A stretch of 64,000 bases of DNA from an uncultured Methanosarcinaceae archaeon (GTDB taxonomy: Archaea > Halobacteriota > Methanosarcinia > Methanosarcinales > Methanosarcinaceae). Positions within the stretch are counted from its first letter, which is position 1. Every line of letters begins with the position of its first letter. A model generated the notes under the pieces. It was not told the origin of the DNA, did not search any database, and was given only the letters and a program-made list of their open reading frames with translations. A program made the position numbers and the translations under genes. Positions 55,464-64,000 of the stretch are shown here, in pieces. The stretch covers positions 32,001-96,000 of the forward strand of contig CAVRJG010000038.1 of the NCBI GenBank assembly GCA_963721455.1. The letters run 5' to 3'.

Positions 55464-57617
55464 ATGGTGTATAATAATAAGAACATAGACGAGTCTTCGG
55501 GGAAGGTGGACGAATCCGCTCCAACATTGGGTGAGTCCGTTCAGGACGTAGACAAGTCTGCGGCCGACCAGAGGAAGGATGAGTCGTCTGCGGCCGGGAA
55601 GGATGAGTCCGGTAGGGGTATAACCGGATCTGAATCCAATCAGGTTACTGAATCCAATCAGATTACTGAATCCAATCAGATTACGGCCGAGTCTCAGTCC
55701 GATCATGATATGGATGAAGATGTTGACATCGGCTTCCTGTTTGAAAACACTTCTAACATAGATGTACCCAAACTTCTTATAGACCAGGTGCTGGGGCAGG
55801 AGCATGCCGTAGAAGTCGTAAAAAAAGCGGCTAGCCAGAGACGGCACATTATGATGATAGGGACCCCGGGGACAGGGAAATCCCTGCTTGCAAAAGCGAT
55901 GGCTGAGCTTCTTCCTAAAGAAGAACTCAAGGATATCCTTGTATATCCTAATATGGAAGACCTCAACAACCCTAAAATCAGGGAGGTCCCTGCCGGAAAG
56001 GGCAGAGAAATCGTCATGGCTCACAAGATGGAAGCCAGGAAGAAAGCCCAGGCCAGGAATATGCTCATGATGCTTTTTGTATTGGGCATTATAATCTATT
56101 CTTATTTTGTTGCCCAATTGCTCTGGGGAATTATTGCAGGCATCATGATCCTCATGTTAACCCGCCAGTTCCTTCCTAAAGAGGAAATGATGATCCCGAA
56201 AATGGCGGTTTCCAATTATGACAAAGAGCACGCACCCTATATCGATGCAACCGGAGCCCATGCAGGAGCCCTGCTTGGTGATGTAAGGCACGACCCGTTC
56301 CAGTCAGGCGGGCTTGAAACCCCTGCTCACGACAGGGTAGAAGCCGGAGATATCCACAAGGCCCATAAAGGTGTGCTCTTTATTGATGAAATCAATACTC
56401 TCAGGCTGGAATCCCAGCAGAGTCTCCTGACTGCGCTCCAGGAAAAGGAATACCCTATTACAGGGCAGTCCGAGAGAAGTTCAGGCGCTCTTGTTAAAAC
56501 CGAGCCTGTACCCTGCGACTTCATTATGGTCTCTGCAGGGAACCTGGATGCAGTGCAGAAGATGCACCCTGCGCTCAGGTCAAGAATAAAAGGTTACGGC
56601 TACGAAGTCTACATGCGGGACTCCATGGAAGACTCTCCTGAAAACCGGAAGAAAATGGTCCGTTTCGTTGCCCAGGAAGTTGTTCGGGACGGGCACATAC
56701 CTCACTTTGACGAAGGCGCAGTAGAAGAAGTAATCCGGGAAGCCAGAAGGCGGGCAGGCAGGAAAGGTCATCTTACTCTAAAGCTCCGTGACCTTGGCGG
56801 GCTTGTCCGTGTGGCAGGAGACATTGCCCATTCCGAAGGCGCTCCAATTACAACTGCAGAACACGTGCTTGCGGCAAAGATGATTGCAAGGTCTATCGAA
56901 CAGCAGCTTGCAGACAGTTACCTGGATCAGCGTAAGGAATATGAATCCTTTATGAAAAGTGGTTCCGCTGTGGGCAGGGTTAACGGGCTTGCAGTCATGG
57001 GTGGAGATTCCGGAATTGTACTACCCATAGTGTCCGAAGTCACCCCTGCACTTTCCGGGACCGAAGGGCGCATTATCGCAACAGGTAAGCTTAAGACGAT
57101 TGCAAAGGAAGCAGTTCTAAACGTCTCTGCCGTGATTAAGAACATGACCGGTACGGACATATCCAGACATGACGTCCACATCCAGTTTGTAGGGACCTAC
57201 GAAGGTGTCGAAGGAGACAGTGCATCAGTTTCCATTGCAACTGCCGTCATATCTGCCATTGAGAGGATTCCTGTGGATCAGACCGTGGCAATGACAGGTT
57301 CCCTCTCTGTCAGGGGAGATGTCTTGCCTGTAGGTGGAGTAACCTACAAGATCGAGGCTGCAGCCAGGGCAGGTATAAGGAAAGTTATCATCCCGAAAGC
57401 AAACGAGGCAGATGTTCTTATTGAAAAGGCGTACCGGGATAAGATTCAGATTGTTCCGGTTTCTACGATTGCGGAAGTGCTGGAGCATAGTCTTGTGGGG
57501 CCCAGAAAGAACAATATTATCGAAAAACTGAAGAACATTACAAAAATCAGTTTCGATATTCCTGAAGTCTCACCCGCTTCCGTACAGGCTAAAAATCTTT
57601 TTGGGTGCAGGAACTGA
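55464..57617 (+). CDS. lonB: Archaeal membrane-bound ATP-dependent protease LonB
   Basis: DQVLGQE, Walker A GTPGTGKS, TM insert, LFIDEI, EGDSAS catalytic Ser, VGGVTYK; acidic repetitive N-terminal extension (ESNQIT x3). Confidence 0.96.
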   Translation: MVYNNKNIDESSGKVDESAPTLGESVQDVDKSAADQRKDESSAAGKDESGRGITGSESNQVTESNQITESNQITAESQSDHDMDEDVDIGFLFENTSNIDVPKLLIDQVLGQEHAVEVVKKAASQRRHIMMIGTPGTGKSLLAKAMAELLPKEELKDILVYPNMEDLNNPKIREVPAGKGREIVMAHKMEARKKAQARNMLMMLFVLGIIIYSYFVAQLLWGIIAGIMILMLTRQFLPKEEMMIPKMAVSNYDKEHAPYIDATGAHAGALLGDVRHDPFQSGGLETPAHDRVEAGDIHKAHKGVLFIDEINTLRLESQQSLLTALQEKEYPITGQSERSSGALVKTEPVPCDFIMVSAGNLDAVQKMHPALRSRIKGYGYEVYMRDSMEDSPENRKKMVRFVAQEVVRDGHIPHFDEGAVEEVIREARRRAGRKGHLTLKLRDLGGLVRVAGDIAHSEGAPITTAEHVLAAKMIARSIEQQLADSYLDQRKEYESFMKSGSAVGRVNGLAVMGGDSGIVLPIVSEVTPALSGTEGRIIATGKLKTIAKEAVLNVSAVIKNMTGTDISRHDVHIQFVGTYEGVEGDSASVSIATAVISAIERIPVDQTVAMTGSLSVRGDVLPVGGVTYKIEAAARAGIRKVIIPKANEADVLIEKAYRDKIQIVPVSTIAEVLEHSLVGPRKNNIIEKLKNITKISFDIPEVSPASVQAKNLFGCRN

Positions 57618-57631
57618 TTATGACAGGCATT

Positions 57632-58960
57632 ATGCAGCACATTAAATTTTATGACTGCAGGGTGATAGAGGGCAGTTCCACCTCTATTATCCTGGATAAC
57701 GGAAAGATTGAAGAAATTTCCAGAAACTTCACGCGGGGGGCCGGCGTAAGGGCTCTCTGTGGGGGTTCCTGGGGCTATACGGCTGTAGAAGGAGATATCA
57801 ACCTTAAAAAGGGAGTCGAAGCTGCCTCAAAGCTTGCTTTTTCTATGAACGCTAACACCCCCAAAGAAGCCGTAGAGCTTGCAGCCGTGAATTCTCCGGA
57901 GATAACGAATCTCCCTGAAATCAGGATCGATCCAAGGGATATTGCTATCGAGGAAAAGGTTGACCTTTTGAAGAGCATAGAAACAAATGCAAAGGTAAAA
58001 GGAGTCAACAGCACCAAAGTAATATATATGGAATCCGAGTTCAAAATCGAATACAGGAGTTCCGATGGCCTGGAATGTGCTTATGAGCTTCTGAACGTCG
58101 GTTTTGCCGTTTCTGCAGTTGCTTCGGAGAACGGTGTATACCAGGCAGGCAGGGAAAGCCGCTTTGGGTATGGGTATGAACTTTTTGAGAAAGAAAATGC
58201 TCTGGAACTTGCAGCCAGGGCAGGAAACACTGCAGTCGAACTTCTTAAAGCGAAAACCCCTAAAGGCGGGGAAATGCCTGTGATTCTTGACCAGGAACTG
58301 GCTGGCGTTTTTGCCCACGAAGCTGTTGGGCACGCATCGGAAGCCGATCTTGTCCTTGAAGGGGACTCCATCCTTGAAAACAGGATAGGAGAACAGATCG
58401 CATCTCCCCTTATTACGATCATCGACGACCCTACCCTTCACGAGTTCGGGTACTATCCTTTTGATGCGGAAGGGGCACAATCAAGAAGGACCGAGATTAT
58501 AAGCGACGGAGTCTTTAATTCCTATCTCCATTCCCGGGAAACTGCAGCCAAACTCGGGGGAACCCCTGGGAACTGCAGGGCTCAGGGCTATTCCATGCCG
58601 GTTGTCAGGATGAGCAATACCTTCATAGACAACGGGGATGCCAGGTTTGAAGAAATGCTTGAGGAGGTCCGGGATGGAATGTATCTCACCGGGTCCAGAG
58701 GCGGACAGGTGAATACCGGGGAAGGGATTTTCCAGTTCAATGCCGAAAAAGGGTACCTGATAAGAAATGGGGAACTCACCGAACTTATAAGGGACGTTTC
58801 TCTCTCTGGAAAAACCCTTGAGATTCTCAACCAGGTAGCTCTGGTGGGCAATGACCTGAAAATGACTGCAGGCAGATGTGGAAAATCCGGGCAGCTTGTG
58901 CCCGTATCAGACGGTTCTCCTCATCTTGCCATCTCAAAAGCCCTTGTGGGAGGTGCCTGA
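57632..58960 (+). CDS. tldD: TldD family metalloprotease (start may be 57620)
   Basis: HEAVGH zinc motif, FDAEG, RMSNT, CGKSGQ.VPV. Confidence 0.92.
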   Translation: MQHIKFYDCRVIEGSSTSIILDNGKIEEISRNFTRGAGVRALCGGSWGYTAVEGDINLKKGVEAASKLAFSMNANTPKEAVELAAVNSPEITNLPEIRIDPRDIAIEEKVDLLKSIETNAKVKGVNSTKVIYMESEFKIEYRSSDGLECAYELLNVGFAVSAVASENGVYQAGRESRFGYGYELFEKENALELAARAGNTAVELLKAKTPKGGEMPVILDQELAGVFAHEAVGHASEADLVLEGDSILENRIGEQIASPLITIIDDPTLHEFGYYPFDAEGAQSRRTEIISDGVFNSYLHSRETAAKLGGTPGNCRAQGYSMPVVRMSNTFIDNGDARFEEMLEEVRDGMYLTGSRGGQVNTGEGIFQFNAEKGYLIRNGELTELIRDVSLSGKTLEILNQVALVGNDLKMTAGRCGKSGQLVPVSDGSPHLAISKALVGGA

Positions 58961-58962
58961 AG

Positions 58963-60273
58963 ATGTACGATCTTGCAAGAAAAGCTCTCAAGCTGGCAGA
59001 AAAAGCAGGGGCTGAAGAGGCTGAAATTTATTATGCTGCAAATCACTCAACAGGTGTGAATTTTAAAAAGGATGCCCTTGAGAACGCTAAAGATCGCTTC
59101 TCGGAAGGCATAGGAATCCGGGCCATAGTAAATGGAGCAGTTGGTTTTGCCAGTACAAATTCCGCAGCAGAACTTGAAAATGCTGTTGAAGTTGCAGTTG
59201 CCGAAGCGAGGGTCCGGGAAAACGACCCTGACTGGGTGAGTCTACCTTCTAATGGGAAATACCCCAGGGTCTCGGGAATCTTTGATAAAAAAGTAGAAGC
59301 TATGGAACTCGAAGAGTGTATCGAGTATGCCCTGGCGCTCGTTGAAGGCACAAAAGAGTTTCCAGGCACGCTTCCGACCTCAGGAGGCTTTACCCGGGCA
59401 AAAAGCAGGCAGCTTATCCTGAATACAAACGGGATAGAAATAGAAGAAGAATCCACAGCTGTTTCGGGTTTTGTGGATGTTATTACGGTAAACGGGCATA
59501 CTTCAACAGCGTATGATTTTGCTGTTTCCCGTTCTCTTGATATTGACTTCTTTGCTCTGGGCAAAAACGCATCCGATCTTGCCCTGAAGTCCAATGGCGG
59601 AATAAAGATCGAACCGCAGAAAACTGATGTAATTTTCCATCCTTTTGCTTTTTCGGATATTATTGAAGAAGCCCTTGCCCCTTCCATTGACGCGGACAAT
59701 GTCCAGAAGGGAAGGTCAGGCCTGATTGAAAAGCTCGGGGAAGAACTGGCAGTTCCGGAACTGAGCATCTACGATGACGGGCTGATTGAGGCAGGAATCG
59801 AGACTTCAGTGTCTGACGACGAAGGTGTCCCTTCGCAGCGCACCACTGTGATCGAGAAAGGTTTGCTTAAGACTTACCTGTATGACAGCTATACCGCAGG
59901 AAAAGCAGGCGTAAAGAGCACAGGTAATGGCTCAAGGTCTTCTTATACCAGCCCTCCTTCGGTAGGGCTCAGGAACTTTATTATTGATTATCCGAAGACG
60001 GATGTTATTGCTGACACGCGGTCCGGAGTTTTCGTAAATACGATTATCGGTGCCCACACAGCAAACTCAATTTCAGGAGATTTTTCCGTAGAAGCCAGAA
60101 ATGCTTTCACAATCAAAGACGGAGCTCTTGATAAGCCTGTAAAGTCTCTTATGATTTCGGGCAACGCCTTCGAACTCTTAAAACAAATCACAGGTGCAGG
60201 CTTTGATGTCAGGAAAGTCGGAGGTATAATTACACCTTCGATCCGGGTTTCGGATATGAGCGTAATAGGTTAA
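58963..60273 (+). CDS. pmbA: TldE/PmbA family protein
   Basis: GIGIRA, DDEGVP, YLYD..TA, STGNG.R, SGDFS; lacks HExxxH; ATG 58963 with GGAGG RBS. Confidence 0.9.
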   Translation: MYDLARKALKLAEKAGAEEAEIYYAANHSTGVNFKKDALENAKDRFSEGIGIRAIVNGAVGFASTNSAAELENAVEVAVAEARVRENDPDWVSLPSNGKYPRVSGIFDKKVEAMELEECIEYALALVEGTKEFPGTLPTSGGFTRAKSRQLILNTNGIEIEEESTAVSGFVDVITVNGHTSTAYDFAVSRSLDIDFFALGKNASDLALKSNGGIKIEPQKTDVIFHPFAFSDIIEEALAPSIDADNVQKGRSGLIEKLGEELAVPELSIYDDGLIEAGIETSVSDDEGVPSQRTTVIEKGLLKTYLYDSYTAGKAGVKSTGNGSRSSYTSPPSVGLRNFIIDYPKTDVIADTRSGVFVNTIIGAHTANSISGDFSVEARNAFTIKDGALDKPVKSLMISGNAFELLKQITGAGFDVRKVGGIITPSIRVSDMSVIG

Positions 60274-60369
60274 GGCTCTTAAAGAGCCTCTTCTTTTTTC
60301 AATAATGATACCGCGTTTTAACAAGAATACTGCGTTTTAACATAATTCAGTTTGCAGAAGAATTTTCAC

Positions 60370-60819
60370 TTATTTCTCGGTTTCGCCTTTTACGACCAGC
60401 ACCGGTATTTTCGAATGCCTTACTACATTTTCAGCTACGCTCCCCAATAGGAACCTTTCAAGCCCTGTTTTTCCAAGTGTACCCATGACGATAAGGTCTA
60501 TACCTTCCTGTTCTGAAAACTCCAGAATTTTGTCTGCAGGATGCCCTTCAAGAGTTACAGGTTCTACCTTAACGCCGGCAGTTTTCCCGGCATCTTCAAC
60601 AAAAGCAATGGCTTTATCCCCTTCAGCCTGTAGAAATTCTCTCAATGATTTCTCCCACCCAAAGTCTCTGGGAGAATAGCCTGCCGGGACAATTACGTAC
60701 ACAGCATAGAGTTTTGCTCCACTAAGCTTCGCAAGCTCAATTCCTGTTTCAATTGCTTTTCTGACGGCTTTCGAACCGTCGGTTGAAACCATTATCTTTT
60801 CGTATTTTTTGCCTTCCAC
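60370..60819 (-). CDS. Universal stress protein
   Basis: STDGS, DLIVMGTLGKTG..LLGSVAENVVRHS..PVLVV. Confidence 0.95.
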   Translation of the reverse strand: MEGKKYEKIMVSTDGSKAVRKAIETGIELAKLSGAKLYAVYVIVPAGYSPRDFGWEKSLREFLQAEGDKAIAFVEDAGKTAGVKVEPVTLEGHPADKILEFSEQEGIDLIVMGTLGKTGLERFLLGSVAENVVRHSKIPVLVVKGETEK

Positions 60820-61417
60820 ACTAAAATCCCCAATTTTTTATATTATACCCTTTACAATTCCAAACCTCTGGAAACTTTCTGTTGTGCAGGCATCTTCTTT
60901 ATTTGTCCACACTTGCCGGAAAATGCATTCCATCCCCACGTTAGTATATATAATTATTATATAAATTACTTTTTAGTTAAGTTTTAATTTATTTACTGAT
61001 TGAAATCCTTTCAATTTTTACGTATGGAATAGTACCTTGTTTACTATAGTTACATACGGATAAAAAGCTCTTAAAACTCATGTATTTCGGATAATTTTGG
61101 CACAAAAAGGAATTCGCTTTTTTACTCACCAAAATACTTATATACAGTTTAATCGTCAGAAGGGATTGGTGAACGGATAACGCTCAAAATCAAGTTTTAT
61201 TGACAATAATTATATCCAACATATTTTAACCTCCTCCAAAACCCCCGTTCACTGCTATATTTTTTATATCTTTTTTAAGTTTATACAAGTAATCTTTAGT
61301 TATTTTATCTCTACGTTTCTTTCCTTTCAAATCCTCTTATCTTAAATTTTCAAAGTGTCTTAAATTTTCAGGGACGTCCTTCTTTCAAGAAAACTTTTCC
61401 GGAAGATTCTCTTGATC

Positions 61418-62362
61418 TTATGAAGCGATGCGTAGCAGTACTAACAAGATTGAGAACCTTACAAAAACGCTTATAGCGGTTGAGTACACGACAATCTGAA
61501 GGCCCAGGTGCGTCCCGAAAATAGCTACTTTTCCTGGAAGCTGGCTGCGAAGTGCAAAAATGGGGAGCATGAACATGCTGCCAAGCATGAGCACGATCAT
61601 TGCCTGTACGTTTGTGATCTCCCCTGAATGAATCATTGGACCCAGAAGAGAAATTCCCAGGATAGGGCTTGCTACATAGCTTGTCAGCGGGATAATTGAC
61701 CCGGGAGGTATTTTAAAAAGTTCAGCAAGAGGAAGTACACTGAAAATCTCGAAAGCTCCCTTATCCTGAAGAACAAAAATAATGGCGGTTGCAATAAGGT
61801 AAACCGCTGCAATCTTTAAAAAAGCCCTGAATTCTTTCCTGAAAGCCCTGATAAATGCATTTTTCAGGGATACTTTCTCCATACTTTGAGTTTCAGGAGC
61901 CCTGCAGGAGTTGCCTTTAAGGAACAATTTGCTTGCAACTGCAATTACCAGGATTTTGAACACTGCAGTGGCTACGAATACGAGGGAATAAAAACCCCCT
62001 ACAACAAGGCCAAGTGCAGGCAGGACGATCGGGATCTGGTAGGTAAAAAGTTCCCGGAAATAAGCAGGAGTAGCGTTCATCATTGCACAGAGTAAAACCT
62101 CCTTATCTTCAAGACAATTCTCTTTTTTTGCCTGGAAAAGCATGCTGTTTGCAGCTACAGTAGACCCTATTGACACTATAAAAGCTGAAGCGCATGTATC
62201 GGGCAGGTTAGTATAGGCAAAAATGGGGCTTACGAGCCTGGAAAATTTCTGCATCAGGCCAAGCTCTACAAGCACACTGGTGCCTACAAGCCCCACGAAA
62301 ATCGTTATGAGCACAGGAAGCGCAAAATCAAGCGCTCTGATAAAGAGGTTTATCATTGGCAA
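61418..62362 (-). CDS. Nucleoside-recognition (Gate) domain membrane protein
   Basis: Multi-TM; two Gate-like halves (LVSPIFAYTNLPD..ASAF; LAELFKIPP). Confidence 0.7.
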   Translation of the reverse strand: MPMINLFIRALDFALPVLITIFVGLVGTSVLVELGLMQKFSRLVSPIFAYTNLPDTCASAFIVSIGSTVAANSMLFQAKKENCLEDKEVLLCAMMNATPAYFRELFTYQIPIVLPALGLVVGGFYSLVFVATAVFKILVIAVASKLFLKGNSCRAPETQSMEKVSLKNAFIRAFRKEFRAFLKIAAVYLIATAIIFVLQDKGAFEIFSVLPLAELFKIPPGSIIPLTSYVASPILGISLLGPMIHSGEITNVQAMIVLMLGSMFMLPIFALRSQLPGKVAIFGTHLGLQIVVYSTAISVFVRFSILLVLLRIAS

Positions 62363-62433
62363 TTATTTGTATGGAGAGGTAAATCAATATATCCTGAAAA
62401 AGTCCGTGATTTCTGCCCTGAAAAATTTAATAT

Positions 62434-62901
62434 TCACATCCCTTCTTCGACAGTTTCTCCCCTTACAACAAGCACTGATTTTTTAGAGTGCCTGACCACA
62501 TTTTCGGCCACGCTTCCGAGCAGGAATCTATCAATTCCGGTTCTTCCGAGTGTACCCATTACGATGAGGTCAATGCCGTTCTTTTCTGCAAAATCGACAA
62601 TCTCACTTGCAGGGCTTCCTTCAAGGAGAACGGATTCTACCTCAACGTTTGCAGCTTTTCCGGCGTTTTCGACATAAGCTGTTGCCTCCTCACCTTCACT
62701 CCTGAAATATTCGAAAGTGGCCTTTTCCCATCCCACATCTTTAGGATAACCTATCGAAAGCCCTCCAGATGCGATCACATAGACGGCATACAGTTTTGCG
62801 TCGCTCATTTTTGCAACTTCAATTGCCGTATCAACTGCTTTTTTGACGAGTTCGGAACCGTCGGTTGCAACCATTATCTTCCTAAAACTACTGCTATTCA
62901 T
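62434..62901 (-). CDS. Universal stress protein
   Basis: ATDGS, DLIVMGTLGRTG..LLGSVAENVVRHS. Confidence 0.95.
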   Translation of the reverse strand: MNSSSFRKIMVATDGSELVKKAVDTAIEVAKMSDAKLYAVYVIASGGLSIGYPKDVGWEKATFEYFRSEGEEATAYVENAGKAANVEVESVLLEGSPASEIVDFAEKNGIDLIVMGTLGRTGIDRFLLGSVAENVVRHSKKSVLVVRGETVEEGM

Positions 62902-63005
62902 ATCTGACTCCCCTTTTATGTTCTCTATGTTAATAGGACAACGATCCTTTATATAATCTCATCCAGGAAAATAAAAAACTGACGACGGTCAGGCCTTTTT
63001 CCTGG

Positions 63006-63130
63006 TTTCGCTTCCCGAGTTTCGCCTCCCGAGTTCCGCTTCGGGAGCACGGGGTCCTTCTCGCACGCTCGAGAGGACTAATTTATAAAGTTCCGTTTTT
63101 CAGTGTTTTCCGTACTTTCGTGGTTATAGA
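63006..63130. repeat. REP-like element D, copy 4
   Basis: TTTCGCTTCCCGAGTTTCGCCTCCCGAGTTCCGCTTCGGGAGCACGGGGTCCTTCTCGC...TTTCGTGGT. Confidence 0.85.
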
Positions 63131-63200
63131 GTATTGAGTGAATTAGTGTAAATATTCAAGCTCGAAACTATAGTATCAGGGCAGCTTCTGTGGATTTTGT

Positions 63201-63713
63201 TCATGAAAACTCTTTAACCTCGGTAAAAATAAGGGCATGCGTTGGGCAGGCCTCGACGCAGGCAGGCAACTCCCTGCCCTGGCAAAGATCGCATTTTATT
63301 CCGGCTTCGGTTTGCCTGCTAATAACCCCACGATTGCAGGCCATAGAAGAGGTCCAGCAGCCTATAACCAGAATTAACTGATATAGAGAAGCAAAACGAG
63401 AGCAGACCATGGAACAGGTCCAGCAGTCTACGCAGCGTTCCGGGTTATGGGTTACAATGCTGGTAATTGAGTCCTGAGAAAGAGCCTTTGTGGGGCAAAC
63501 CGAAACACAGGGCGCATTTTCACAGTGGTGGCAGGTGATCGGAATTGAGAATTCAGTGCCGGGAATGTACTCCACAGAGATGCGTCTTTTTGGAGCCGGA
63601 TTTTCTCCTAAGGCCGAAAAGAGGTTCTTGCTCTTTGAATGTGCAACTGCACAGGCAATCTCACAGGATCGACAGCCCAGGCAGCGCTCGGGCCGGATCA
63701 TCACGTCTTTCAT
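63201..63713 (-). CDS. cooF: CooF-type 4Fe-4S dicluster electron-transfer protein
   Basis: CLGCRSCEIAC, CHHCENAPCVSVCP, CVDCWTC, KCDLC...PACVEACP; downstream of cooS. Confidence 0.88.
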   Translation of the reverse strand: MKDVMIRPERCLGCRSCEIACAVAHSKSKNLFSALGENPAPKRRISVEYIPGTEFSIPITCHHCENAPCVSVCPTKALSQDSITSIVTHNPERCVDCWTCSMVCSRFASLYQLILVIGCWTSSMACNRGVISRQTEAGIKCDLCQGRELPACVEACPTHALIFTEVKEFS

Positions 63714-63719
63714 TGTAAA

Positions 63720-64000
63720 TCATCTCCCTGATTCCAGGCCCAGTGCCTTTCTTTTCCCGTCAATATGCTCAAGCATAAGATCTGCAGCTTTGAAGGGATC
63801 AGGCTCAACCGCAAAGCTTGCTCCGACTACGCTGTTTAAGTCTTTTGTCAGAAGGGCCGTAACTGCCCGGCTTCCCAGGACAGGCGGAACAGTTCCGAGC
63901 ACTGTAAACACGCCTGAGGAAACCACATAAGCCCCGATACTGACTGCTTTTTCACTCATCCATTCCGGAGCGGCTCCTGCTGCCGGGAGGTCGCTTATGT
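63720..64000 (-). CDS. cooS: Ni-dependent CO dehydrogenase catalytic subunit, C-terminal part (runs off window)
   Basis: ISDLPAAGAAPEWMSEKAVSIG..V..G motif. Confidence 0.88.
   Translation of the reverse strand, partial: ISDLPAAGAAPEWMSEKAVSIGAYVVSSGVFTVLGTVPPVLGSRAVTALLTKDLNSVVGASFAVEPDPFKAADLMLEHIDGKRKALGLESGR

Overview
Chromosomal window from a methanogenic archaeon of the genus Methanosarcina (16S/23S sequence, mtaCBA, CoM-biosynthesis genes). Layout: thiC-like gene, GNAT and DUF3303 genes (0.3-2.9 kb); an AT-rich accessory island dense in MITEs (~3.0-16.8 kb) with an acetyltransferase, a PGF-pre-PGF beta-helix surface protein, a small-protein/PKD gene pair that shares a polar motif, a frameshifted ATPase-TPR (NLR-like) gene, other remnants and a tRNA-Leu 3' fragment at its edge; a giant TPR gene, a macro-domain gene and mtaA/mtaB/mtaC; a complete rRNA operon (16S-tRNA-Ala-23S-5S); cbiZ, tRNA-Leu(CAG) with a duplicated 5' half, argF, purD, pyrE, carS, an MreA-like regulator, a SAMP gene with an unlisted 42-aa upstream ORF, and a duplicated tRNA Val-Phe-Gly cluster; marker-16 protein, comDE and cysteate synthase; three paralogous TPR genes (one a frameshifted TPR-nitrilase fusion) plus a small protein built from two copies of the LonB membrane hairpin, next to lonB-tldD-pmbA; two USPs, a Gate-domain protein, cooF and the 3' end of cooS. 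No CRISPR array or intact transposase was seen. Best candidates for new biology: (i) the 9165-10258 gene pair with a shared amyloid-signalling-like motif beside an NLR-like gene; (ii) the stand-alone LonB-anchor protein and TPR cluster beside lonB. All family assignments come from recognising motifs by eye; no searches were run.
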